Shown: positions 25,211-38,283, numbered from the whole stretch's first letter. The stretch: 63,035 bases of DNA, filler included, from Intoshia linei (GCA_001642005.1; 8 parts of 8 records of this genome joined end to end with filler, not necessarily neighbours in it), one strand, 5' to 3'. The notes: a model not told the origin generated them from the sequence alone. Translations and numbers: made by a program.

Positions 25211-25490
25211 ATGGAAGTACCACGAGAAATTAAAGACGTAATTTTTGATTGCAAATCTGTATCAATTTACAATAAATGGCATGAAAAGTTTGTCGAATAT
25301 ACGAAGACAAATAATATTGAAGTGAATTTAGGCGACTGTTATGGCCGATATGGGAGGTAGCAAGATATTACTTAAGGTGTCTTATTTTATTTAAATTTTA
25401 TGATTTTTTTAGCGTCAGTTCAGGTGGAAAAACGATACTGTTGTAGATGGATATGTGAACCCACTCATTCCAATAAATTGGCACTGGTAA
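25211..25490 (+). mobile_element. Crypton-like tyrosine recombinase remnant (internally deleted) with a 36-bp intron
   Basis: N-terminal KSVSIYNKWHEKF segment, then ATVMADMGGSKILLK^RQFRWKNDTVVDGYV across a GT-AG intron (25377-25412). This matches the YR C-terminal pattern AT.LA..G....LKRHGGWKS..VAEGY carrying the catalytic Tyr. Confidence 0.65.
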
Positions 25491-26417
25491 AACTATTAAA
25501 TAAAGAGATATGGATAAAAAATGAAAGAATTGTCGAGAAAACAAGAAAAAAGTGACTATAGCATTAAATTACAATTAAACCATGGTGTATTTAATAATTG
25601 TACATTTGATTAATTTCTGAATTTAAATAAATTATAATTACAAAATTAAGTGTATATAATTTCCAAGGCTAGGATTAACGACAATATATTCAATTCTACT
25701 ATTTTACGCTAAATCGCTAATTATATCGAAATTGCTTCACTAAAATATAAAAATACATAATTATTGCGAGAAGCAAAGTATTTTTCACCTATTTTACGAA
25801 CGTCTACACATTTCCAATAAAGAAATATGGGTGAATATTTTTATATTATAATCCTTTGCAATATTGGTAAAATTAAAGTGAAGATTCGATTAATTATTGG
25901 TACTGAATATGTATCATCACATTGAAAACTACAAAATAGGTTTTTATAATTTTTTTGGACATGTTTCATTTTTAATAAAGGTCATTTGTGGTTTTGACCA
26001 TAACATTGTACATTTCTGAGGCTGAGATTGACGACAATCCTAATGATTTTAAAATGCATCCCAGAATTTATGGTTTATTACATTTTTAGGCTGAGTTTAT
26101 TTTGAAAAAAAGGGCAAAGTGGGTTTTTCACTCTGAAGGACTCAAATTCGGGAACTGAAAAATATATAGACATATTCTAGGAAAAACTTTATTAGAAATA
26201 GGGTTTATTTACATTCTACGACCGTCAATTTGTTAAATATATGGTAACACATTGACAAACACAGGCACTTATTTTCAAAAACATCAATTTTATATAAGTA
26301 AAGGATTCTAAAAAATGTTTTCATACAATCTAGCAATATGACGTATTCACATATATAATTTACCATATTTATCTGTTCTATTTATTGGTTAAACTTGACT
26401 AAAATTGAATTTTTTAG

Positions 26418-27188
26418 TATACAAAGCATTAGGGATTAATTACGCATTAACGGATAAAGATATTATGTATCCAATTTACATTTGAGTTTGAATAGAACAC
26501 TAATGGTTGCTGACAATGAAAATGATTATGCTTACTTCAAAGATTGAATGCTCAATAATACCGGTAAAAATTAAAATTATTGTATATTGTTATTATTTTG
26601 TTTCTCAACAATGAAAGTTCCTACCTGAAATATGTGAATTTAAGATGTGAAACGTTTCAGGGTTTTATATAGTTAAATTTTAGTTTTCAAATTTTTTTTC
26701 ATCATTTTTTAATTTTAGAAAAACATATTGTTCAATCTTATGTTGCTCCAGATAATGTTGTTTACGCAAATCATTGGATAAAATTTATATTTCCAGTCTA
26801 TAAAAACAAAAATGTATCCTGGTTGTTGTTTGATTATTATGTAAAATTCATTTATTTAGTGTCAAATTTGCTGATTCTGAAGCTTCATGGCACAAATCAA
26901 ATATTAAATTGGAAGCCGGGAGATACGACTTGTTGATTATATTTGATGAAAATTGTTGACCATTATTGTATAGTTAATTAAATCTGATTAATTAAATTCT
27001 TTTGTTTTTCGTGAAAACGAGATTATCAATATTAAAAAATACAATCTAATTTTAACAATTTAAATTTTTTGGAAATAAAAAGCTTGATAATTTCTGTAAT
27101 TCAAGTCAAATTATACAGATCAAAGAAAATTTAAAAAAACAATGGACTGTACTGTGAACAAATGTACAATCAATTTTATCAATTATCT
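26418..27188 (+). pseudogene. Possible exon remnants of an unidentified gene
   Basis: AG/GT-bounded segments (HIVQSYVAPDNVVYANHWIKFIFPVY; VKFADSEASWHKSNIKLEAGRYDLLIIF), but with in-frame stops. Confidence 0.3.
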
Positions 27189-28361
27189 GGTAAGCCTTAT
27201 TATCATGATTGATGTAATGTAAATTATTAATTTAAATAACAGCATGCAAAATAAATGAAATTTACATTATTATGTATATTATATATATATATATTATATT
27301 ATCGATTTTGACTTAGATATGAATACTAAAATTCTTTTTTGACCGTGAAGACGTCACTTATTCAGATTGAAATTTTTTGTGTGTGTTAACAGGATACAAC
27401 TGTACTACCTGTAAATTTTTTGAAATTCTAGGGCTGTTTTCATAAAAAAAGAAGGGTAATCCTGCAAATTTTTATAAATTCTAGGGCTGTTTTGATTAAA
27501 AAAAAAGTAATTTGGGGTTTTGGTCCTGAAGATAAATTTTTTTGAAATTGAAATTTATGATTTTAAAATACGCATCAGCGTATACATTATTACAGTTTAG
27601 TACAAATTTAAAAAAAAAGAATAGATTTTTATTTGTCACAATGAAAATAATGAATCACAAGGAAATGGCAACTCGTCCATGGTTGCCGAGAAAGATCAAG
27701 TAAATCTTTTATTAATTCAAACTCTTGTGTTTATTTTGACTCAAATACCTATTGTTTTATTTATTAGTATTTCTCATTTAGGAAGTTATCCTTTGGAGAT
27801 TCCTACCATAACTACAATTTGAATTATAGTTTTTACTATTTCTTTGGTTTTTCCAACTGCATTTTGTCTGGTATTAGCCTATTCTATGTATTTAAAAGCA
27901 GAATTTGTCAATATTATGTTTGATGTATTATACTATCTTTAGAAATTCATAATTTCATATTCTGTGCCCTTGAGCACCCTTATAAAATTTTGGATTTTAT
28001 GTCTGCTAATCAAAACGAAAACTTTTGGCTCTTGTCCTATCAGAAATTCATAAATATTGAAATTATGTTCACCCTAATGCACAGTCATTAAGATCAATAT
28101 TTGGGGTGCATAGGTCAAAAAAAATTAAGAACCACTGAAATAGGGAACCAAGGTATGAAAATTTTCCAATGAAAATTGATACTAGTCTATATAATACACG
28201 GTGATAATTTCTCTGTTTCTAATTATCTTAATTATCTACTATGATATGACTGTATGCTTGANNNNNNNNNNNNNNNNNNNNNNNNNNNNNNNNNNNNNNN
28301 NNNNNTTAATTAATTAANNNNNNNNNNNNNNNNNNNNNNNNNNNNNNNNNNNNNNNNNNNN

Positions 28362-29491
28362 GTCATTAAATAATAGTAAGGGTCTTACAATATACCAATA
28401 AATTCTAAATGTCTTAGAGTTAGTTAATAATAATGATAAAATATCAATGGTGATTTGCGACATAAGAAGCTCCAACACCGGTATTTATCAGAGTTTAATA
28501 ACTTATTTGAAACAGATTTTGCCAGAGTTTACATACGAAGGTTGTCGGTTTCATATATTAGACCTTATACTTAAACATGTTTTTTTATACTGTTTTACAA
28601 GTTAATACAAAATCGCCCAATATTCCATTTTCGTTTGTAACAAAACTTGAAGAAAATTTTGTTATTATAAAATCTAAATATATTAGAGAAATTAATATAA
28701 AACACAATAATAATTTACAGGGAAATTGGCGTAATGACTACAAAGAATTATCTGAACTAATAGACGCTTATAAAAACTAATAAAATACCAAAAAAATCCA
28801 ATTATCAAATTTAAAAAGCCGGGTGCATTTCTAATTCTCGTTGAAATGCAAAATCATTATATGCATTGAAACGTACATCTTAAATGTGAATAATAGAGAT
28901 AGAGATAAAACTAATTTGTGATTTTATAGCATATGTTTGGTCTAAATGTTGGTCTACATGCAGATTTCAAACATTTACAGAATGGGATTCCTTAGAATAA
29001 GAATTGCTATTAAATTATCCAACTGTAGCTAAATGTTTGAACTAGCATTGGCTCTACAAAAACACTTTGAGCAGAAGATTAAAAATTTTGTACTCAAACA
29101 AAATAGCAGAACGGGCTTTAAAATGCATGAATGACTATTTCATCTGATGAAAAATTGGAACAAATGTGTATTAAAAAATTTAACAATTATAATTAAAATA
29201 TTTAAAATGAATTTTTATCTAATTATACGACTATAACTATACATAATGTTTTTAATATTATAAAATACTGATTTTTAATCCATGAAAATAAGGTTATATT
29301 CGTTTAAATTTATTATTTTTTTGAAAATAAAATTTTCGTACTTCGTCTGACCAAATTATTAAATTAAATTATTTTTATTATTAGATTAAATTATAAATTA
29401 AAAGCGACATCTTACATTGTATACCAAATGGGTCATACAGTCAAAAACACTTTTTGAATTTCAAACAAAAATGTTAAATTGGAACACTCTA
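28362..29491 (+). mobile_element. Decayed hAT-like (hATm-type) transposon, 3' half
   Basis: ICDIRSSNTG...GCRFHILDLILK, WRNDYKELSEL, AERALK. Ends ..GAACACTCTA (TAGAGTG terminus). Same motif family as 48770-50097. Confidence 0.65.
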
Positions 29492-30289
29492 ATATACATG
29501 TATATACGTATGTAATGTATATACGATACGTATAATATGTATCGCGTGAAATTTGCTTACATTATGAATATGCATATCGGTTCAAATTTGCTTATATTTG
29601 TAATACGTATATATAGTATATATTATATAAGTATTAAGATTGTCAAACGAGCCATTCATCGAGTGCAATTACTACAAGATAGAGCATCAATTAAGTACAT
29701 TGACGATGATATAATTAATAATAAACATAAGCTCAAATTGCGAAAAGCTATTAGTCAAATGTAAAAGTGTTTTTGTCATTATATGTGATAAAAAAATTAT
29801 AGTTTAATATAGACGTCATTTCTCATATCGTATGTGGGGATTTTATTAATTTCTAAAATTCGATAAAAAAATTAAACCTCGTATATATACTATATATTAA
29901 TTGGTTCAAATAAGATAATATTTAAATAGATTTATAAATGTATTGCATTCTCAATGGATTAAAGATTTTTTAATGATCTTGAAGTAACTTTTTATATTAT
30001 TTAGCTGTATTATACTCGAAGTAGTTATATGAGTTATGTTATATTGTAAGATATTAACTTAATAAAATACACAATTTTTGAAAATTTGTAAAATTGGATA
30101 AATATAAGATACTAATTATGTGGTCTAATAAATAAAACTCACAACAATAGTATGCTTCAAAAGTATTTAGAATTCCACAGGAATTGACATCGTTGGAATT
30201 TAGGAATCGTCGCATCACTAGTAAAAAATAATACAATGAAAAATTTAACTACGACTTGTAACACGTTTAAATCATTGCGAAAAAAAGTG

Positions 30290-30720
30290 AAAACTCATAA
30301 TAGCAATACCCATAATAGCGAAACGTCACAACAGTTTTAAGAATGCCAATTTTAAGAAATTATTGCTATTAACACGCTAGCTCTCAATTTGATTATTAGT
30401 TCTTATTAATCACATGTTTTCTCTAGACTCAAAAATCAACATACTGAAGCGAAATAATAGTCTCCTTCTTCTACCATTTCTATTTCTCCTTCCTACGTAG
30501 GTATTTTCGAAATATTTAGCAATGGGCACTAATTCCGCTGAATAATCTGAAACTTGACCACCAAAAGCATCCACATTGACATCACTTTCAGGTAATAGTA
30601 AATTAGCGAATTACACAGTATGTTTTATGAAAAACATAGTTTGACCAAATTCATATCATTTTGTAGGCCTTTCTCATATGGTTAGATTTATATGATTCAC
30701 TCTAACAGCATAGATAAACC
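30290..30720 (-). mobile_element. MULE (Mutator) transposase C-terminal remnant
   Basis: LLPESDVNVDAF..IAKYFENTYVGRRNRNGRRR..RTNNQIES, with stops. Confidence 0.7.
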
Positions 30721-31031
30721 TTCCGATATAAAATATTAATTAATAAATATAATAAAATTTTCTTNNNNNNNNNNNNNNNNNNNNNATAATTTAATTCAAA
30801 TTTTCTTCATTTTAATATTAAATCTGCTTTTTGACCCCTCAAAATCTAATATATTAATATAACTCACCGATTCTTATGAAAAATGTAATACTAAACTCAT
30901 ACCGTAAAAGTATTTTATTAATAATATCAAGTTAATTACATACTATTATATATAATTAATTATATGTATTAATTTGTATTAATTAACTTGGTGTTAAGCA
31001 TAATTAAAATAGAATTACCGTTTATCTAATG

Positions 31032-31470
31032 CATGGGTTCTTAACCTTTTTCCATATGACATCCTTAATTCAATAAAATTCGATTTGGCACCCAAAAAAT
31101 GTAATAAATTTAAATTCGAATAAGAAAAAACATTTAAACATAGAAAACACTGTAGTTAGTACAATTTATTAATATCATTTATTTTAATATTGTTTAATAT
31201 TAACCGATTTCATTTTTTGGGTAAATGCTTAAAATCAAAAAAGGGGATTTCTAATAAAAAAAGGGATAACTCTAATATACACATTAAAATATTTAATATT
31301 ACAAAAAGTTAAATTAATAAATAGAATTTAACTTTATTTGCGAAACATCATTCAAGTTTACATGTTAAAAAATATAGCTGTAAAATGATTTTTATTCAAA
31401 AACTTTCTTGCCCCCTCAAAAATGGGGTTGACACCCCTGGGATGGTGGCACCCCAGTTTAAGAAGCCATG
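31032..31470. mobile_element. hAT (Buster/Charlie) MITE
   Basis: TIR CATGGGTTCTTAA / TTAAGAAGCCATG; 8-bp TSD ATCTAATG/ATTTAATG (nnnTAnnn). Same terminus as the element ending at 36241. Confidence 0.85.
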
Positions 31471-32249
31471 ATTTAATGTGACCAATATAAAATATAAATA
31501 AATACATATATACAGAAATTAAAATATTATCTATATACTAATGTATAATATAGATATCTAATTTACGTTAAATAATAATTACATTAAATATGACTAGCAC
31601 TTAATAACCTTTATTTTGTAAGATTTGTATGTATAAAATGTAAATATAAATTAATCTTAATAAGTACATTTTAATCTTCAAGGAAAAAGCAAATATTGCA
31701 AATTTATTTTTTGTGGGTAAAACCGTATCTGAAATATTTCGAATAATAAAAATAAGTATGCATGTTATAAAATTGGCTATCCAGTAGCTCTAGATCAGAA
31801 ATGCACAATTTGCGGCCGTGGCAATTCATGTGATCATAATGCAATATATCATTTTATTTCAAATTGAAAAGTTTACATCAGATTTTATTCAAGGAAAATT
31901 TAAAATATTTTAATCAAAAAGTTACATTTTAAATACCTATTCACTATGCTCATCTTTTTAAATTAACTTAATTTAAATTTTGTGGTTGTTTTATTGTGAA
32001 ATGAAATATACCATTTTACGTCAAATTAAAAATATTTAAAGTTTACAAAATGTAAATCACATTTTATTCAAAGACAATTTAAAATTTATCAAAAAGTTAC
32101 ATTTTTGACTTTAACCAATTTCTCAAAAAAGATTTAAACTTTATCAATGTCAAAGTAAATTTTGTGTGGTTGTAGTATCAATGAGTAAAATAGCTTTGCG
32201 GCTGGATAGGTGAAAAAGTTGTGTACCCCTGCTCTAGATAAATGAACAA

Positions 32250-32560
32250 TTTGATCTGTTCATCGAAAGACTTCCAAATTGGAATTTCTAGTTGAACAAT
32301 ACTTTGTGATGCCATACGCAGTGAAATGAATCTTTCTTGTTCATCTCTATTTTAAACATCATCATTAGGGCATCACATTTACAAGGAAAAAAGTAAAATC
32401 CATTTTTCACTTAACAACTGGTCACAAAAATATGCGTTTACTTTTTGCCGGAAATAACTTGTCTACAAATTGGAATCATATTTTTTTCTGATGAGCAAAG
32501 ATTTTATTTAGATGGTACAGGTGGCCAAGAAAATTATTGGAGAGCTTTAAATTTGACTAC
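32250..32560 (+). mobile_element. Tc3-like transposase remnant
   Basis: HKNMRLLFA..NWNHI.FSDEQRFYLDGTGGQENYW resembles Tc3 FSDEKKFNLDGPDG. Confidence 0.7.
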
Positions 32561-32812
32561 GCTTGTATGTGAAACATGAAGTATGTTGTACTGTGAAAAG
32601 TTTTTGAGTGCAATTAATTAAAATTTCAAATCTCGTTATCTCATCAAATCATCATATCAAATCATATCATATCATCATATCAAAACAGGACTGATGTCCA
32701 TATAAATGTATTCATGTAGCATCAGATGACCATTTAATAAATATTAACATAAAACATAAGTAGACACATTTAGACTACATTGTATAAAGAATTTCAAATG
32801 ATAATGTTTATA

Positions 32813-35490
32813 TTACAATTCATCACGTTCGATAACTTCCATATCATCAGCTATATCAATATATTCCTTGTGTTCTTCGTCTATATTGATGGTTTGATAT
32901 TTTTGGAATTTTTGGCGTGTATAAACAGTTCTAAATATGATGATGCCAATGATTATTATAAATTGTAAGATTATAATGCTCACAATAATTGTAACTCGTC
33001 TTTTATCTAAAAAACACGTGTATCTTAATTCTTACATTATGATATTCATATTGTCAAATTACTGTAAATAAATATTTCAAGATAACTCTTTAATTTAATA
33101 TTTTCCAATTCGGCTTGGCACGTGTAAAGACCGGAATCTGATAACTCACCATTTTTTTTAGTATAGTGGTATGTTATTTTTTGGTCATTTTGAGATATCA
33201 CTGATGGATGCAACTTTTTTTCGTGGTAAACTATTGAAATTTCTGGATTGGCATTCTACGAGAAAATGGGTATCATTAATATTAATAATATTTAATTAAT
33301 TACTTTTACAAATAATGTACAGTTTAACTCAACGTTTGCATTTAAATTAGCTATTTGAATCTTTGTAGGGTATATCCATATAATAGCTAAATTTATACAG
33401 GTTAAACATGTCTTCAAAAACAATTAATAAATATACGACTAGCCCGAATTAATTAATATGGTTACCATAACAATATTTATTTGTGATGTACATTAAACTT
33501 TACCGTAGCAGTTCTTAAGTTTATGCAGATCATTTTTCGTTTACAGCATCATGTTTTTTATTTATTGACTTGTAATGATGTCAGTAATTAATAATTACAA
33601 TTAGTATTAAGTAAATATTATTAATTACTAAATACGTTATACAGTCAGACCTGTATGTAATGAACACTAAATTTCAATTAATATAATGAAATCATTATAA
33701 AAATTATAGTGAACATTATATACTTTTTTTAATGATCTACTACGATTATTATTTTAAAGTTTCATAGAACTGACAATTAAAATTGCATATGGTAGGATTG
33801 TGATGCGCTACTATTATCTTTTAATATTTAATATAAAATTACTGGGTGTAAGAACCAAAATTTATTCATTTGTCTCATTTCATCAATACTTATTTATTAA
33901 AATCCTGTTATAACATAATTTTTAGCAGAGAGGACTTCCCTGGTTCAGCACCACTACTTTAATGTACTTAAATGAAGTTTTAAATTGTACACGCTTATTA
34001 CTATTTAACGAAAAAAAAATTCCTGATTAACGGACTGAATTTTTCTGAAGTACAAAAATTCCGTGCTTTTTTATTTTAAAATGACTAGCATCATAATTAT
34101 ACTAACACTTTTTCAGATCAAATTATAAGCTTTAGATACAAAAAAATTTTATTTTCTTTTTAATTAATGACGATAATAATGATTGATTGATTATACTTAA
34201 TTATATGAAATAAAATGACCTGCAAATATAGGTTAACTAAAATGAAAATGAAAATATTTTTATTTTTTCATTGTTTTAATGCAGTAGTTCATGGTTCAAA
34301 TAGTATACAGACCACCATTTCAAAATATTTATTTTGTGGCCCCCAAGGGAAACATTAAATATAAAAAATTGATGAAAAAAGTAAAGGTTTTTATCATAGG
34401 ATTTAGTAAAATCGTATTTTCCAAAAAAATATTAGAAAAAGAGGATTTTTTTATTGAAAGTTAGTAAAATTACATTTTTTATTTTGGGATTTGGATTAAG
34501 ATATTGTTGCTCACAAGTTTTAATAAAATCAGATTTTTCAAAATAATATTAGAAAAAAAGGATATTCCCGAGATTGCGTTGGTAATATTGGAGTTTTATT
34601 TTGGAGTTGGAATAGGAGAGTTTTCTCAAAAAATTTGATAAAATCGTGTTTTTCAAAAAATAATCCTCGTTAACGGAAAGAGATTTTTTTCAGGGCCAAT
34701 TATTCCGTTAACGAGTAATTAGCATGTATATGAAACGAACTAATAATTTACATGATAAAATGATTGTATGTGTATAGGTTTGGTCACTAGTTTTGTCCTT
34801 ATATGTTGCAATAAATTGGCTATCAGCGATATCATTATCTAAATATAATTAATATTACAAAAATATAGAAAAATTAAATATTATAAAGTTTCTTATAATT
34901 ATAATAAACCAAAAAAGTCGCGAGTCGCGATAATTATTTATCATAAAAGTTATATTTTAAATTTATCTTAAAATTTTTGTATAAATTTCAATAATTACAT
35001 TTGAGAAAAGATATATATTAACCGATTTTATTTTTTGGGGTGAAAAATGCTTAAAATCAAAAAAGGCATCCACATGCAAAATTGGTTTTCTTAATAAAAA
35101 AAAGTAGACACACTATTGTACAATGTACATTTTACAAAGTAGTAAATTGTATATAACAGTCAAGCTAGTTTACAATAATATTGACTACCTAATGAATGAA
35201 TTATTGCGTTCTGATTTTGTTGAAATTCCACTTTATCTTTAGCATCGAATTTTGTACCGTTTAATATCAGTTTCCATTGATATGTAGCATTAATCAATGC
35301 GAAAATGGTATTTAACTTGAATTTATTATTTTGAATGATATCCGCGTATTCAATTTCTAAAATTATTTTCAAAAAATAGTTATTCATTTTTTAAGGTTCA
35401 TACCTCTTATTTCAAAATTTATGACCCAACATTTTATTATTAAACTTTTGTCAAATGACATCAGCTCGAACCTACCGAGCTGGAGGCCAC
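32813..35490 (-). CDS. Type I membrane glycoprotein with membrane-proximal Ig domain and ITAM-like tail; 5' end in gap
   Basis: Phase-compatible exons ~35490-35404, 35356-35188, 34838-34753, 33386-33304, 33255-33063, 33006-32813. Ig: YPTKIQIANLNANVELNCTL...DSGLYTCQA. TM: VTIIVSIIILQFIIIIGIIIF. Tail: KYQTINIDEEHKEYIDI..DEL*. The last three exons are firm; linkage of the upstream three is inferred. Confidence 0.78.
33990..34726. mobile_element. TA-flanked MITE (Tc1/mariner/pogo class) in an intron
   Basis: TA^CACGCTTATTAC ... GTAATTAGCATG^TA imperfect TIR; related copy at 2723-3843. Confidence 0.65.
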
Positions 35491-35829
35491 CCTAAAATGA
35501 AAATACTCCTCCGAAATTGTTCTTTGTAAACGATTAGTAGTGTCATTTGGTCCTATCCACGTATCCAAGGATGTTTTTTTAACAACGTTACATATATTTG
35601 TATTAATTCGAATTTATTTTTAGAATAATTAATAATTAATTATTATTCTCAATTTTTATTTTTGACACATATTGTTTATTTTACAGTTTTTTCATATATT
35701 TTTCATGATTTATTTATTTATTATTACAANNNNNNNNNNNNNNNNNNNNNNNNNNNNNNNNNNNNNNNNNNNNTTAATTAATTAANNNNNNNNNNNNNNN
35801 NNNNNNNNNNNNNNNNNNNNNNNNNNNNN

Positions 35830-36241
35830 CTAAATCATTTCCTGTTTCTGTACCACCATGCAATCTATCAAAATGTTGTTTAAATTTTGATGGCTTTAAA
35901 TTTGAATTAAAAAAAACCTTTAAACATAAAAAACACTGGTTTGTCAGATTTATCAGAGTCCGTTATTTTAGTGAATCCATAACGCATATAATCATCATTC
36001 CATTTTCTTTTTTTTGACATGAAAAGTAAAATAAATTTAAATATGACTGAGTGATAAATTATTCAAATTCAAAAATATATTAGTATTTACCTATATTATA
36101 TTACCTATGGATACAAATGAAATTAACTTTATTTTCGAATCTTCATGCAATTTCAAAAAATATAGCTGAAAAATGATTTTATTTTAAAAATATTTCTGGC
36201 ACCCCCAAAAACTGGTTTTGCCCCCCGGTTAAGAACCCATG
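35830..36241 (-). mobile_element. hAT Buster/Charlie transposon 5' end (transposase start 36020), truncated by gap
   Basis: MSKKRKWNDDYMRYGFT..KP.FLCLKVF.NSNLKPSKFKQHFDRLH (BED finger). Terminus CATGGGTTCTTAACC. Confidence 0.85.
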
Positions 36242-36628
36242 GTGTAAGAATATTCTCATAAACTATTATTACATCTATGTACTCAGTACTGTTATATATT
36301 AGATTAATTTTTTTATCGATTGCCACTACTAGTTTACATAATGTTTGGATTTGGTATTTTTGTCAAAAAATTTGCTAAATCACCTTTGTGTTTGTACAAT
36401 ATTCATTGAAACTATTTTTCACAAATTGAAATTGGATTTATAGTTTATGACTAGAAAAATAGTACCTGACGGTTACTTAAACATTTCATTCCAGCGGTCC
36501 GGGTCATGGAGAGGAACTAGGGGTCGTATGGACCTGGTCACAATCTGCGGTCTTGGTTACTAGTGGGTCTTCGGGTTCACCTTGATAAAGCTTGTTTTAA
36601 TTTATTTTATTTTTTGTGTCAATTTTAG

Positions 36629-37580
36629 ATTTACAAATACAAAAATTTAAAAGATATATCTGTTACATCTTTTGCATCAATGGTTTCAAAACAATTATAT
36701 TATAATCGATTTTTTCCTTATTATGTTTACAACCTTATTGCTGGAATCGATAAAGACGGTAATATAGAAACTTGTCATTTCCAACTTTTTGTTTTGTAAA
36801 TTTTTAGGTGTACTATTTTTACTTTACATGGGGAGTACGAACTGCGTACGTTTAAGATTAAACAATGAACTACATTCTTAGTTCTAAATGAGAATAATTT
36901 GTTTGGAGTTTTTTGTATTGTGCATTTAAAATTTGTTTCTTATATTGTTAAACAAGAAACTATTCATTATTCAATTATAATTGTTAGTGGTTGAACGAAT
37001 TTTTGAATTTTTCGTGTTTGTAAGGTGTTGTGAGACAATTAAAAAATGATATGTATTGTAATTTTAATTGTTAATTAAATGTGTTTGTTTCAAATTTACT
37101 GAAAGTTTGTCATTTTGTGTGCTGAATGAGATTTGTAAAAATTAAAAAATGCAATCTAAATTGCAAATGAATTTGCATTTTCCCATTTAAATTATAAGCT
37201 CATAAAATGACATTTTTAAATTTCAGGTGTCGGGTGCGTATTTGGTTATGACCCTGTTGGCAGCTATGAACGATTAAATTACGGATGTGTAGGTTCAGCT
37301 AGCAAGTTGATATTACCAATGCTGGATAATCAGGTAATTGTTGCAATTTGTATTTTTGTCATGACCCTTTATCAAACTGATCAATCTAACATAGGTTGCT
37401 TTAAAGAACCAAAATTTGGACGAGAAAAAATCAATAACTCTTGAAAAGGCTTTAAAATTAATTCACGACGTGTTCATTTCTGCTTCGGAGAGAGATATAT
37501 ACACTGGAGACTTTTTGAATATTTATATTATTCAAAAAGGCAAATTTGAAGAAAAAACTATTGAATTGAGAAGAGATTAA
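36629..37580 (+). CDS. PSMB1: Proteasome subunit beta type-1 (beta6), last three exons
   Basis: LYYNRFFPYYVYNLIAGIDKDG | GCVFGYDPVGSYER..GSASKLILPMLDNQ | LIHDVFISASERDIYTGD..IELRRD*. N-terminal exons not found (probably in the 35730 gap). Confidence 0.95.
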
Positions 37581-37816
37581 ATTATTTCAATTAATTTTGG
37601 TTAATTACTATATTAGGCATTAAATAGAGTCATCATTAATTGATCTTATATTTTACTAAAATAATAGGTTGAATTTTTATTTGTAAGTAACTGATTTCTA
37701 GTTCTACTTTAAATTAAGTGAACATCAATATAATCGATACATTATCTAACTTGGACACGTGTAAGTGATCAATCTAGTTGCAACTCCTTATATATGGTTC
37801 CAATAAAACTGATAGA

Positions 37817-38283
37817 TTTCTGCAAAACCAGTTGTTCTCTACAAAAACACCATTTGTTCTAGTGTTGGAAGCTTCGTTGCATTTTGATTTAATTGTTTAC
37901 ATATATGAAATATTGACACAATTTAAATTTACAATTTAAGATTTTATTTGAATAGCTGGTCTGAAATGAACTACAGTATTAGCACAGCTATAAATGCAAC
38001 AGATGGTGTGGACTATCAATTTCATTTCAGAAAAATTTTAAAGAGCAATTCCTTTATAATTGTTGCCGTTTTAGCAATTTTGTGTATCTTGCTGTTGATG
38101 ATTTATTCAATTATTTACTATACTCGCATTGATCCACTTTCAACACACGTCAAAAATCATCAAAAGAATGCTTACTATCACCCAAACTCTATACAATATA
38201 CAACAATTGGAGCAAATCAACCGTCTCCAGCTACCAGTAATCAAAACCATGCATTGTATTCACATCCAATTTTTTTACATTAA
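37817..38283 (+). CDS. Unknown single-pass membrane protein (3' exons)
   Basis: Long open exon 37941-38283 with N-glycosylation sequons (NYS, NAT), TM FIIVAVLAILCILLLMIYSIIYY and a Tyr-rich tail. Phase-compatible upstream exon 37817-37875. Start codon not found. Confidence 0.5.

Noticed and set aside
36629-37580. Proteasome gene between immune-like receptors as a proto-MHC signal
   Set aside because: This is PSMB1, not the MHC-linked PSMB8/9 lineage; adjacency is uninformative.
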